Of a stretch of 64,000 nt of DNA, positions 10,232-19,379 are shown piece after piece. The number at the start of each line of letters is the position of its first letter. The first letter of the stretch is position 1. The notes beneath the pieces are model-generated. The model saw nothing but the letters and a program-made list of their open reading frames with translations, made no database searches and was not told the origin of the DNA. The stretch is from Candidatus Micrarchaeota archaeon (GTDB taxonomy: Archaea; Micrarchaeota; Micrarchaeia; Anstonellales; Bilamarchaeaceae). The stretch is taken from contig JBBSVN010000012.1 of NCBI GenBank assembly GCA_038046765.1, positions 36,044 to 100,043 of the forward strand. Direction: 5' to 3'. A program made the translations under genes and the position numbers.

Positions 10232-11480
10232 CCAAGTCGATTCTTACGTAATTGATCTTCTTAAGCGAAGTAAATCTGCTAGTTCTTCCCTTGCATTACT
10301 TAGTACAAAAGAAAAAAATGAGTACTTAATGAAAATGGCCGATTCCTTAGAAAAAAATAGCGAACAAATTCTAAAAGCAAATAGAATTGATGTAGAAAAT
10401 GCAGTAAAAGAAAAAACTTCAGAAAGCTTAATTGATAGATTACGATTAACAAAAGAACGTATATATTCAATTGCAAAAGATGTCCGATTTGTTGCGAGTT
10501 TAGCTGATCCTATTGGCGAAGGCGAAGTATGGAAAGTACCAAATGGATTGGAAATTAAACGATTACGCGTTCCACTTGGAGTTGTTGCGATTATTTATGA
10601 ATCTAGGCCCAACGTAACAGTCGATGTTGCCTCGTTATGTTTAAAAACAGGTAATTCCTGCGTATTAAGAGGGAGTTCGAGTGCGCTTAATTCTAATCGA
10701 GCGATCGTTTCTGCGATTTCTAAAGTACTCCCATCTGATGCAGCACTTTTAATTGATAGCGAAGATCGAAAAGTAGTCGATACGTTAATGCATGCCAGAG
10801 GCTATGTTGACGTTTTAATTCCGAGGGGCGGAGCGAATTTAATTAAACATGTAACAGAAAACGCAACTGTTCCAGTTATTGAAACAGGGAGCGGTAATTG
10901 TCATATATTTATTGATGAATCAGCAGATTTAGAAAAAGCAGAAAAGATTGTTCTTAACGCTAAAACACAACGACCCGGAGTTTGCAATGCTGCTGAAAAA
11001 TTATTAATTCATAAAAATGTTGTTAAAGAATTTTTACCTAAAGTTGCAAAAGCGTTAAACGACAAAAAGGTCGAGCTAAGAGCGGATAAAGAATGTAAAA
11101 CGATTCTCGATTCGCAAAAAATCCCATGCAAGTTCGCAACAGAAGAAGATTGGCCAAAGGAATATTTAGATTTAATCATCGGCATAAAAGTTGTAAATAG
11201 TCTAGATGAAGCAATTGCTCATATTAACAAATATAACACAAAACATACCGAAGCAATTCTAACGAACAACGTAACAAATGCGAATAAGTTTGCAAAAGAA
11301 ATCGATGCTTCAACCGTAATGATTAATGCTTCAACAAGATTTACCGATGGCGGAGAATTTGGTTTTGGTGCTGAAGTAGGAATTAGCACACAAAAAATGC
11401 ATGCAAGGGGCCCAATGGGACTAAAGGAATTGACTACTTATAAATATGTTGTAACTGGAGAAGGACAAGTTAGGGGATAA
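10218..11480 (+). CDS. proA: Gamma-glutamyl phosphate reductase
   Basis: YESRPNVT, RPGVCNA, NASTRFTDGGEFGFGAEVGISTQKMHARGPMGL. Confidence 0.96.
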   Translation: MENINQVDSYVIDLLKRSKSASSSLALLSTKEKNEYLMKMADSLEKNSEQILKANRIDVENAVKEKTSESLIDRLRLTKERIYSIAKDVRFVASLADPIGEGEVWKVPNGLEIKRLRVPLGVVAIIYESRPNVTVDVASLCLKTGNSCVLRGSSSALNSNRAIVSAISKVLPSDAALLIDSEDRKVVDTLMHARGYVDVLIPRGGANLIKHVTENATVPVIETGSGNCHIFIDESADLEKAEKIVLNAKTQRPGVCNAAEKLLIHKNVVKEFLPKVAKALNDKKVELRADKECKTILDSQKIPCKFATEEDWPKEYLDLIIGIKVVNSLDEAIAHINKYNTKHTEAILTNNVTNANKFAKEIDASTVMINASTRFTDGGEFGFGAEVGISTQKMHARGPMGLKELTTYKYVVTGEGQVRG

Positions 11481-11482
11481 CA

Positions 11483-12349
11483 TTAATACAAATATCCCTT
11501 ATACTGTCCTACAAAAACTTCAAACAGATACCTGATAAATGGTCTATACTTTTTATCGTAATCAAACTTCTGCAGCATCAAATAGTAAATTGTTTTTTGA
11601 TCGTTAAAAATATTTAACAACGGATAGTTTGCTTTAAACAAAACAAAATTCATAAGTAGTCTTGCCATTCTTCCGTTTCCATCTCTAAATGGGTGAATCC
11701 GGACAAATTTTAAATGAACTAGAGAAGCTAGTTCAAAAGGATGAAGCTGACTCTTAGCTTGATTATGCCAGGAAATAAATTGCTGCATTAAAACAGGTAC
11801 ATCTGCAAAATTTGGACAAACGTAGTTTCCAACACGAACGTTTACATTTCTGTATTTTCCAGCATCATTCATTATTTCTTTTTGTTCGATGTAATGCAAT
11901 TTTAAAATCATTTCCTCTGTCATTTCTCCTTGATAATCAAAAAGAAAATCAATACATTCGCGCATATTTTCTACTTCTTTGATATCTCGTTCTTTCCCTT
12001 TAGTATTAATCTTCTTGCCAAGTAAAATTGTTTCTGTTTCCTCGATTGTAAGTGTATTGCCTTCAATTGCATTTGTGTTGTAGATAAAACTCACAATACG
12101 TTCTCGCTCTTCCTTCCAAAGATTTTTGCTTATCGAATGTTTTTTTGAGTAATTGCTAGCTACTATTTTCAATATTTCTGTTTCTTTTTTTGTAAGTTTC
12201 GATTGAGCGATCTTTTTGGTTGGCAGTTGATTTGGTGGATGTGTTCCAATATATTTTCTTATTTTTTTAAATTTCCCGTCAACTCTTTTAGTTTCTGTTA
12301 AATAGTAATATGGCTTTCCTTTGATAATTTTCTTTTCCAAATATGTCAT
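11483..12349 (-). CDS. Fic-domain protein (AMPylase) with an N-terminal inhibitory motif
   Basis: HPFRDGNGRMAR Fic motif; TNAIEGN alpha-inh motif. Confidence 0.9.
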   Translation of the reverse strand: MTYLEKKIIKGKPYYYLTETKRVDGKFKKIRKYIGTHPPNQLPTKKIAQSKLTKKETEILKIVASNYSKKHSISKNLWKEERERIVSFIYNTNAIEGNTLTIEETETILLGKKINTKGKERDIKEVENMRECIDFLFDYQGEMTEEMILKLHYIEQKEIMNDAGKYRNVNVRVGNYVCPNFADVPVLMQQFISWHNQAKSQLHPFELASLVHLKFVRIHPFRDGNGRMARLLMNFVLFKANYPLLNIFNDQKTIYYLMLQKFDYDKKYRPFIRYLFEVFVGQYKGYLY

Positions 12350-12358
12350 GAATAGTTA

Positions 12359-12394
12359 GGGGGCACAAGTATTTTAAATAGAATTGGGGGCACA
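12359..12394. promoter_or_regulatory. GGGGGCACA direct repeats flanking the Fic gene TATA box (putative operator)
   Basis: Copies at 12359-12367 and 12386-12394 around TATTTTAAATA. Confidence 0.45.
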
Positions 12395-12463
12395 GAAGTG
12401 GATAACTGATCGTTCCCAGTTTTGGGTTTAATGTTTTGGAATTTAGAAAGAATAAGAAAAAAT

Positions 12464-12847
12464 TTAAGATTTCATAAATTTAGGGTGCTCAGTCAAAAAT
12501 TTCTGAACGATCGGATCCCCTATATCTGAAACATACAATCTAACTGAGGAAACTAATAATTGATCTGCTGGATATATTGAATCTCCATCGAAGATGAGTC
12601 TAAATCCAAGTTCGGGGGTCCATTCAATTCCGTTCGTGCGACCTTCTGTTTTTTTAGGATCAGGGGTTATCCGCGTTACGCTAATTTTATTTTCTTCTAT
12701 TTGAACAGAATAACTTATGGATTTGGGTTCTCCATCTGTTTTAGGAAGCCTAGTTCTCTTTGAAGGTGTACCTAACAAATAAGGTTGCTCTGGTGATTTA
12801 AGTTTTTCAAGTTTTTTAGGTCTGTGGTTTCTACCCATAGAAGTCAT
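12464..12847 (-). CDS. Hypothetical protein
   Basis: 127-aa ORF with TTTAAAAA upstream. Confidence 0.5.
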   Translation of the reverse strand: MTSMGRNHRPKKLEKLKSPEQPYLLGTPSKRTRLPKTDGEPKSISYSVQIEENKISVTRITPDPKKTEGRTNGIEWTPELGFRLIFDGDSIYPADQLLVSSVRLYVSDIGDPIVQKFLTEHPKFMKS

Positions 12848-13026
12848 CTATTACATAACTTGGTTGAATCTGTTTTTAAACCCTTATTTTTCATAAAAAG
12901 AAACATAAAATATTCTTTGACACGAAATAAAAGCTTTCATTAGTAATGAATACTAGTTTGCAGCGGCAGTACACACTTTCGATAATGCTTAAAGTGCTAT
13001 CTATCAATCTAATATCGCTGATATTT

Positions 13027-13803
13027 ATGTCAACAATCGGGATTATCGGAGCTGGAAGATTGGGAAGCGCATTTGCAGAAGCTTTTGCTAAAAGCTATAA
13101 AATAATTGTTAGTGATCCAAATAAAGAAAATCTTGAGCGATTTAAGAAAATCAAAAACATACAAACAACTACTGATAATATCGAACTCGCTACTAAAAGT
13201 GATTTTGTACTAATTGCAGTCAAACCAAAAGATTTTGATTTAGTTGTTGCACCAATAGCAAAAGCACTAGAAAATAAACTACTTATTTCATTCGCTGCTG
13301 CAGTAAACATAAATCGAATCGAGTCCTTAGGAATAAAAAATGTTATTCGAGTTATGCCAAATATTTGCGTTTCTGTAGATGAAGGATTACTTGCTTATTC
13401 GCTTGGTAAACATGCGAGTACCTACGAAAAACAATTCTTAGACTCTTTTTCTAAAATAGGAAAATGTCTAAAGATGGACGAAAAACTAATCGATCCAATA
13501 ACTGTGTGTTCGGGTTCTGGCCCAGCTTTTATTGCATATTTTGCTGATGCAATCGCAGAAGAAGCGAAATCGAACGGATTAGATTACGAATTAGCGATGC
13601 AAGCAGTTGCCCAGACTTTAGTTGGAACCGGGAAACTTCTTCTATCTGGCAAGCGTGCGCAAGAAATAATTACACAAGTGGCTTCGCCAGGAGGAGTAAC
13701 TGAAGAAGGATTAAAAATTCTTGATAAAAATCAGGTAAAAGAAAAAATTAAGGAATCAATTCGCTTTGCGATGAAAAAGACGATTGAGATGGGAAAGAAA
13801 TAA
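13027..13803 (+). CDS. proC: Pyrroline-5-carboxylate reductase
   Basis: IGIIGAGRLG, IAVKP, RVMPN, SGSGPAF, VASPGGVT. Confidence 0.93.
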   Translation: MSTIGIIGAGRLGSAFAEAFAKSYKIIVSDPNKENLERFKKIKNIQTTTDNIELATKSDFVLIAVKPKDFDLVVAPIAKALENKLLISFAAAVNINRIESLGIKNVIRVMPNICVSVDEGLLAYSLGKHASTYEKQFLDSFSKIGKCLKMDEKLIDPITVCSGSGPAFIAYFADAIAEEAKSNGLDYELAMQAVAQTLVGTGKLLLSGKRAQEIITQVASPGGVTEEGLKILDKNQVKEKIKESIRFAMKKTIEMGKK

Positions 13804-14358
13804 TTAACTAGGTAATCTTTTGGCAGCTAATCTAGGTACGCGTATATTCGCTTCTGATCTACTGCGATAACCCCTTATTATTATTTCAAAATTCGATCTT
13901 TTACTGTAAAGTTCGTCTAATGGAATTTTACCTTTCATAAAATCAGCACATTTTTCATAAACTCCGTACTCTTTTAGTTTTGGTGCGTATAATTTCAATA
14001 CTTCTTGCTTAGATAAATAGGCTGAAACTGCTCTAACTAAAGCGTTTAAATCTACTATGGTAAAAACACGTCCATCAGCTACTTCGGTATTTACATATCT
14101 TAAAAATTCGGTAATCTTGGCTAATTGGTTCTGTTCGCTTATATTTGATTTATCGCACGCGATTATGTGGTCTGGATTTACAATTCTGATTCCATGCTGA
14201 TTGGATAATACTATTGACCATTTTTTGTTTGCTACATCATAACTCGATGCATCTACTCTATAAATATATTTTGAAATTTCCACTGGTTCTGCATCATCTA
14301 CTACTGCCTGAACTATATTGAAAACCAGAGTACCAATACTAAACGGAGGGAAATTCAT
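13804..14358 (-). CDS. Hypothetical protein
   Basis: ORF; ATG at 14358 is the likely start. Confidence 0.5.
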   Translation of the reverse strand: MNFPPFSIGTLVFNIVQAVVDDAEPVEISKYIYRVDASSYDVANKKWSIVLSNQHGIRIVNPDHIIACDKSNISEQNQLAKITEFLRYVNTEVADGRVFTIVDLNALVRAVSAYLSKQEVLKLYAPKLKEYGVYEKCADFMKGKIPLDELYSKRSNFEIIIRGYRSRSEANIRVPRLAAKRLPS

Positions 14359-14472
14359 TATAAATAAATGTTTAAAAGTGTTTTTAAATGCTAAGGAAAA
14401 TCTATAAACGTGCGGATTCCAGACGAATCTTTTTAAAGTCAAAGTGAATAAACCTTCACATAGGTAACTTTT

Positions 14473-15165
14473 ATGTTTAAAACTTGGTTAAAGTCATTTG
14501 GGTTTGTTCTGTTAGTTATGATTTCACTTCTTTTACTATATACTGCATACGATAAACAAACAAAAACATTACAGTTTGAAAAAGTAATTACTGTACTTTC
14601 ATTTAGTGATACGAAACTCTCTTTAAACGAATTAAATAAAATCACTGCGCTTGGTGCGATTGGAATCATTGCAATCGTATTCATGCTGGGTCCTTTATCC
14701 AAGTTTTTTCCAAAAATATTTGCGCATTATTTAATTTATAGAAAACCAGTCGGTCTAATCGGGTTTGCATTTGCATTAATTCATAGCGTTTATTCTGCTT
14801 ATGTTTTCTATAGTTTTAATCTAGATAAAATAATCTCGGGAGGAAGAATTATCCCATTTACAGCAGGATTACTTTCTCTGTTTATATTTTTCCTTATGGC
14901 AGTAACTTCTACAGAGTCAGCAGTTAAAAAACTTGGATATAAAAACTGGAAAGTACTACAAACATTCGGTTACATCGGTTTACTGTTCGCAGTTGTACAT
15001 TTTTTTGTAATCGAAACAAAGCCAGTTATCGGGTTTGATGTCCGGCCTTATGGAGTTGCATTTTTTGTTATTGCGGTTGTCGCACTTTTACTAAGACTAT
15101 TTTTGGTATTCGTGCAGGTAAAAGAAAGAAAAGCTTATCATGAACACTTTGGGCAGAAGAAATAA
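14473..15165 (+). CDS. Ferric-reductase-like transmembrane protein (MsrQ/YedZ-like heme-binding)
   Basis: RKPVGL..F.FALIH, LMAVTS, WKVLQ..GY..AVVH, several TM helices. Confidence 0.75.
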   Translation: MFKTWLKSFGFVLLVMISLLLLYTAYDKQTKTLQFEKVITVLSFSDTKLSLNELNKITALGAIGIIAIVFMLGPLSKFFPKIFAHYLIYRKPVGLIGFAFALIHSVYSAYVFYSFNLDKIISGGRIIPFTAGLLSLFIFFLMAVTSTESAVKKLGYKNWKVLQTFGYIGLLFAVVHFFVIETKPVIGFDVRPYGVAFFVIAVVALLLRLFLVFVQVKERKAYHEHFGQKK

Positions 15166-15170
15166 TCGAA

Positions 15171-15701
15171 TTATCCTTTTTCTTCTAATCTGTTTACGGC
15201 GTCATGTAAAAATGAATGAAGATTTTCCGATTTTTGGTGTGCGCTAGTATAAGCTACGTAAATTGAAAAAGGCAAAAATACACAGATGCTTACAGCAATC
15301 ATATAGTTCCAACTGGAATTTGTTTGAGAATCCGAAAGGCCACTATGGGACAAAGACGCAAAAGCACTAAATAGAAAAGGAGAAGCTGCCGCACAGGCAA
15401 CCATGAGTGGACCAGAAGTATCTTGTTTGTTACTATTGCTTAGTTTCATATCAAGTGCAATTGAATATAATTTACCTTGTTCACCATTACTTAATTCCAT
15501 TAAGCGAAGTACCGTTCTTCGTTTGCTCGCTCTTAGATTTTGCCTAAGCGCTTGATCCTTTAAACCACATAAGCTCTTGTAGTAAATTTCTCCAAAATAC
15601 ATAAATTCTCTTCGAATCGAATCTCGTTTCGCTTCGCTAACTATCGATCGCGTAAGTAGTACATCTACCTGTCTTTTTGAAAATGCATTTTTAGTTCGCA
15701 T
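15171..15701 (-). CDS. Hypothetical membrane protein
   Basis: 176 aa with two hydrophobic segments. Confidence 0.5.
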   Translation of the reverse strand: MRTKNAFSKRQVDVLLTRSIVSEAKRDSIRREFMYFGEIYYKSLCGLKDQALRQNLRASKRRTVLRLMELSNGEQGKLYSIALDMKLSNSNKQDTSGPLMVACAAASPFLFSAFASLSHSGLSDSQTNSSWNYMIAVSICVFLPFSIYVAYTSAHQKSENLHSFLHDAVNRLEEKG

Positions 15702-15708
15702 TAAGAAT

Positions 15709-16014
15709 TCACTTCTTAACTACTTTTTCCTCCTTTAGAACTACTTTGGCAATCATGAAAACTACGAATGCAATTATGACAAAGTTAATTAGTGCGCTTA
15801 AGAAAGCTCCCCACTTTAATGCAATTGGGCCAATATCTAATGTTGCTAGTTCCCAACCTCCTTTTGGCATGAATCCCGTTATCGTTGGCATTATGATGTT
15901 GTTAACTAATGACTGAATTAGGTTTGTAGATGCAATTCCCATAATAACAGCAATAGATAGTCCAATTACTTTGTACTCCATTAAAAATTCTTTAAATTCA
16001 GCAAATATTTTCAT
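15709..16014 (-). CDS. mscL: Large-conductance mechanosensitive channel
   Basis: EFKEFL, SLVNNIIMP, WGAFLSALINFVIIAFVVF. Confidence 0.9.
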   Translation of the reverse strand: MKIFAEFKEFLMEYKVIGLSIAVIMGIASTNLIQSLVNNIIMPTITGFMPKGGWELATLDIGPIALKWGAFLSALINFVIIAFVVFMIAKVVLKEEKVVKK

Positions 16015-16229
16015 CGTTTTTCACCTAATTTATTTTTTAGTAACCTAAACTTTTGTAAATCGTTTTCGATTATTTCGAAAGAAAAACTTTTTTCACTACA
16101 TTCTCGTAGATACGATTAACACTAATATTATTATCGACGCAAGCGAAAATCGCTTACGAGCAAGTGTAAGTTTGAAGTTTGCGAGATTTGTTTTCTAGTA
16201 ACAAATAAAATAACAAGTGTATATAAATT

Positions 16230-16363
16230 TATTAGATGATGACCAAGGTGATCGCTGAGCCAAGCCCTAAGCTAGTGCTTGATTTCGTGTCAAACGAGAT
16301 TGAGACAGGAGTAATCCGGCCACGGCCCCATGGCAGTGAAGATTGACGTGCGGTCTGATAATA
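16230..16363 (+). ncRNA. Box C/D guide sRNA with a 77-nt structured insert
   Basis: Box C ATGATGA 16236-42; 12-nt guide; D' CTGA 16255-58; C' GTGAAGA 16336-42; 12-nt guide antisense to the 16S 1398-1409 region; D CTGA 16355-58; terminal stem TATTA/TAATA; internal stem GCCA/TGGC. Confidence 0.8.
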
Positions 16364-16376
16364 TTTTTGTTTCGAG

Positions 16377-16463
16377 TTTTGGGTCTAGTGTCTCGACGAA
16401 AAAGGTAGCGAGTTCTGTGTCCTGTGCGGGTAGTGACGAAAATAATCACTTGCAGACCCAAAA
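16377..16463. other. Structured element closed by a perfect 10-bp stem TTTTGGGTCT/AGACCCAAAA
   Basis: Inverted repeat with internal hairpins (AGTGA/TCACT, CTCG/CGAG). Confidence 0.5.
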
Positions 16464-16511
16464 GTTAAGTGTCATAAGTTTTAGAGTCTAATAATTTTAT
16501 TGTGCCTTAAA

Positions 16512-17342
16512 TTAATACTTGGCATTTAATCTTATCAGTCTTTTATACTGCCACACTCTTTCTTTAGCAATCTTAACATTGATATCTGCAGAATTTGTAG
16601 ATCTATAAATGGCTTGCAATGCATAATTAGCCGCAGCAATTGAATGAGTTTTAACATGCGCAGTTGCCATAGCTTGACCAGCTGCACGCGCAGCAGAACG
16701 AGCTGCGTTCTCTTCGCCTACCTCTCTAGCTGCAGCATGAGCATCAAGTGAAGCTTTGCGTACATCTGCCATTTTGAAGTTGCCAGTTTTTATCCATTTT
16801 TGCAGTGTTTCAATAGCATTTCTAGGTCGTTTGTCTTTTTGGTGGCTATCTTCAAAATAATGTAAAATTCTCTTAACACAAGTAATTGCCCATATTGCTA
16901 AAGTTTTCTTTTCTGTTTTTTTGACAAGATCTAAAAGATAAGGGTCTATTTGTGCAAGTGAAAACTTTGGTTTGTCCTTAGTTTTATTTTGGTCTACCCT
17001 GAATTTTACAATTCTTTTAACAAGTTCATATGGGATCGGTTTATTAATCGGAAACTGAATAGAACCCTTTGCTTGTTTATAACTTGTTAGTTCTTTTTTA
17101 AAAGTAATTATTGCAGATGGAGTTGGATAAAATCCAACATGATTTTTGAATGCAGCAAAATGTACCAGATTCCCATTTAACTTAAATGTCGGAATCCCGT
17201 AGCTTATGGTTTCTTGCGATTCTGGTGCTAAATGTCGTATTACTTTACGCAATTTTTGTAAAATTAATTGAACATTTTTTGGTAATGTAAATATATAACT
17301 TTCTATATCCTTGAAAACTCTTTTTCGAAGGGCATTTTTCAT
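16512..17342 (-). CDS. DUF1801/YdhG domain fused to an Imm5-like domain
   Basis: ETISYGIPTF, HFAAFKNHVGFYP, KGSIQFP; C-terminal DKRPRNAI...AARAAGQAMATAHV. Confidence 0.75.
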   Translation of the reverse strand: MKNALRKRVFKDIESYIFTLPKNVQLILQKLRKVIRHLAPESQETISYGIPTFKLNGNLVHFAAFKNHVGFYPTPSAIITFKKELTSYKQAKGSIQFPINKPIPYELVKRIVKFRVDQNKTKDKPKFSLAQIDPYLLDLVKKTEKKTLAIWAITCVKRILHYFEDSHQKDKRPRNAIETLQKWIKTGNFKMADVRKASLDAHAAAREVGEENAARSAARAAGQAMATAHVKTHSIAAANYALQAIYRSTNSADINVKIAKERVWQYKRLIRLNAKY

Positions 17343-17436
17343 ATGCTTAGAACAACCTAAAGCCTTAAAAAAGAAAGTAAAATTATTATTGGGGGTTTGA
17401 TAAAGAATATAAATACTAACGCTCGAAAGAATTAAT

Positions 17437-17886
17437 ATGTCAAACAACAGCGTAACATTGCATAGAGTCCTTAAGGCAACACCTGAAAAGGTTTATCGCG
17501 CCTTTACCGATCCTAATGCGCTTGCTTCTTGGATACCTCCCTACGGGTTTGTGTGTATTATCCATAGTATGGAAGTAAAACCAGGCGGAGCTTACAAATC
17601 ATCATTCATCAATTTTTCTACTGGAAAAAAACATTCTTTTGGCGGAAAATATCTTGAAATTAAACCAAATGAATTCTTAAAATACACTGATAAATTTGAT
17701 GACCTTAACTTGCCTGGAGAAATGATTACTTCGGTTTGGCTTAAGAAAGTTTCAACTGGAACAGAACTTAAAATAATCCAAGAAGGTATTCCAGCAGTTA
17801 TACCAACTGAAATGTGCTATTTAGGGTGGCAGGAGTCATTAGAAAAATTAAAAAAGTTAGTTGAACCAGAGATTTCAGATTCCTAA
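17437..17886 (+). CDS. SRPBCC/AHA1-family protein
   Basis: LHRVLKATPEKVYRAF, YTDKFDD, CYLGWQESL. Confidence 0.9.
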   Translation: MSNNSVTLHRVLKATPEKVYRAFTDPNALASWIPPYGFVCIIHSMEVKPGGAYKSSFINFSTGKKHSFGGKYLEIKPNEFLKYTDKFDDLNLPGEMITSVWLKKVSTGTELKIIQEGIPAVIPTEMCYLGWQESLEKLKKLVEPEISDS

Positions 17887-17986
17887 TTTTGTTATAAATA
17901 ATATCGATGGAATTATAGGGCAATAACGCCTTAAGACCAATCGTAATAATTATAAATCTTATACAAATATATGAACGGGGGAGAAT

Positions 17987-18862
17987 ATGGCAAAACAAAA
18001 AATAGTTCCATGTTTATGGTTTGATAAGGAAGCAGTGGAAGCTGCCGAATTCTACACTTTAGTCTTTAATGACGCAAAAATAATACACAAGTCAATAATA
18101 CGTAATACTCCATCGGGCGATTGCGATATTGTTGGTTTTCAGATCATGGGTTATAATTTTATGGCCATAAGCGCAGGTCCACTCTTCAAGACTAATCCTT
18201 CAATATCCTTTCATATTAAATGCAAGAGCGTTGATGAAGTAGATAAAATTTGGGCAATGCTTTCTACTCAAGGAAAGATCATGATGGAACTTGGAGAATA
18301 TCCATTTAGTAAGCGGTATGGCTGGGTAGAAGATAAATACGGGGTCTCATGGCAGGTTATTTACATGGAAGGTAATTTTAAGCAAAGAATAATGCCTGCG
18401 CTTATGTTTACCAAAGATTTATCTGGAAAAGCACAAGATGCGATTAGTTTCTACGAATCCGTTTTCCCTGAATCAAAATCTCACGTCTTTATGCGCTACG
18501 CTAAAGGCGAGGAGCCAGATAAAGAGGGTACGGTGAAATATGCACAGTTGATTCTTGCAGGTCAGGAATTTGGTGTTATGGATTCTGCTCATGCACACAA
18601 ATTCAAATTTAACGAAGCGGTTTCCCTTATGGTCAACTGTAACGATCAAAAAGAAATCGATTATTTTTGGAACAAACTTTCTGCAGTTGCGGAATTCGAA
18701 CAATGTGGTTGGGTAAGAGATAAATTTGGCGTCTATTGGCAGATAATGCCAGAAAATATGGCTGAACTGATGGGGAAAAATCCAGATAAAACGACTCCCG
18801 CAATGCTTAACATGAAGAAAATTATTATTGCAGACCTAATACAAGCTGGGGAAGAAAAATAA
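17987..18862 (+). CDS. VOC-family protein (tandem PhnB-like domains)
   Basis: IVPCLWFD, GWVEDKYGVSWQ, CGWVRDKFGVYWQI. Confidence 0.88.
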   Translation: MAKQKIVPCLWFDKEAVEAAEFYTLVFNDAKIIHKSIIRNTPSGDCDIVGFQIMGYNFMAISAGPLFKTNPSISFHIKCKSVDEVDKIWAMLSTQGKIMMELGEYPFSKRYGWVEDKYGVSWQVIYMEGNFKQRIMPALMFTKDLSGKAQDAISFYESVFPESKSHVFMRYAKGEEPDKEGTVKYAQLILAGQEFGVMDSAHAHKFKFNEAVSLMVNCNDQKEIDYFWNKLSAVAEFEQCGWVRDKFGVYWQIMPENMAELMGKNPDKTTPAMLNMKKIIIADLIQAGEEK

Positions 18863-18882
18863 AAATAAAACGGTGAATAAAC

Positions 18883-19338
18883 ATGCAACAAAATGAAGTT
18901 GAATCAACTGGTCACAATCGACAAATCTTCGTTAATCTGGCCGTAAAAGATCTTAAGAAAACAATCGAGTTTTTTACAAAATTAGGTTTCAAATTTAATC
19001 CTCAATTTACTAATGAAAATGCAACCTGTATGATTATTGGAAAAGATTCTTATGTAATGCTACTAGTTGAAAAATTCTTCAAAGGATTTATTCCAAATAA
19101 ACAAATTTGTGATGCAAAAAAGAATACTGAAGTTCTTGTTGCACTATCCGCTGCAAGCAAAGAAGAAGTTGATCAAATGATAAACATAGCTATTGCAGCT
19201 GGTGGAAAAGAATATCGCGAAACCCAAGACTACGGATGGATGTATGGACGCGCTTTTGAAGATCTTGATGGCCACATTTGGGAACTAGGGTATATGGACA
19301 TGGATAACCTTCCAGAAGAAATGAAAAATAAAAAGTAA
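18883..19338 (+). CDS. Glyoxalase/bleomycin-resistance (VOC) protein
   Basis: IFVNLAVKDL, LGFKFNPQFT, FEDLDGHIWE. Confidence 0.88.
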   Translation: MQQNEVESTGHNRQIFVNLAVKDLKKTIEFFTKLGFKFNPQFTNENATCMIIGKDSYVMLLVEKFFKGFIPNKQICDAKKNTEVLVALSAASKEEVDQMINIAIAAGGKEYRETQDYGWMYGRAFEDLDGHIWELGYMDMDNLPEEMKNKK

Positions 19339-19379
19339 AAAACTTAAGAAAATAAATAAGGACATTTGAGGTGAAAAAT

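Noticed and set aside
16267..16461. 64-aa minus-strand ORF
   Set aside because: Antisense to the structured RNA, with no recognisable motifs or SD
16230..16470. RNase P RNA, SRP RNA, group I intron (CTGAGCCAAGCCC resembles the Q element) or pistol ribozyme (AAGCCCTAAGC)
   Set aside because: No GAGGAAxxUCC/ACAGAA P4 pair, no SRP helix-8 motif, no P7 elements and no pistol pseudoknot partner; the C/D architecture explains the sequence better
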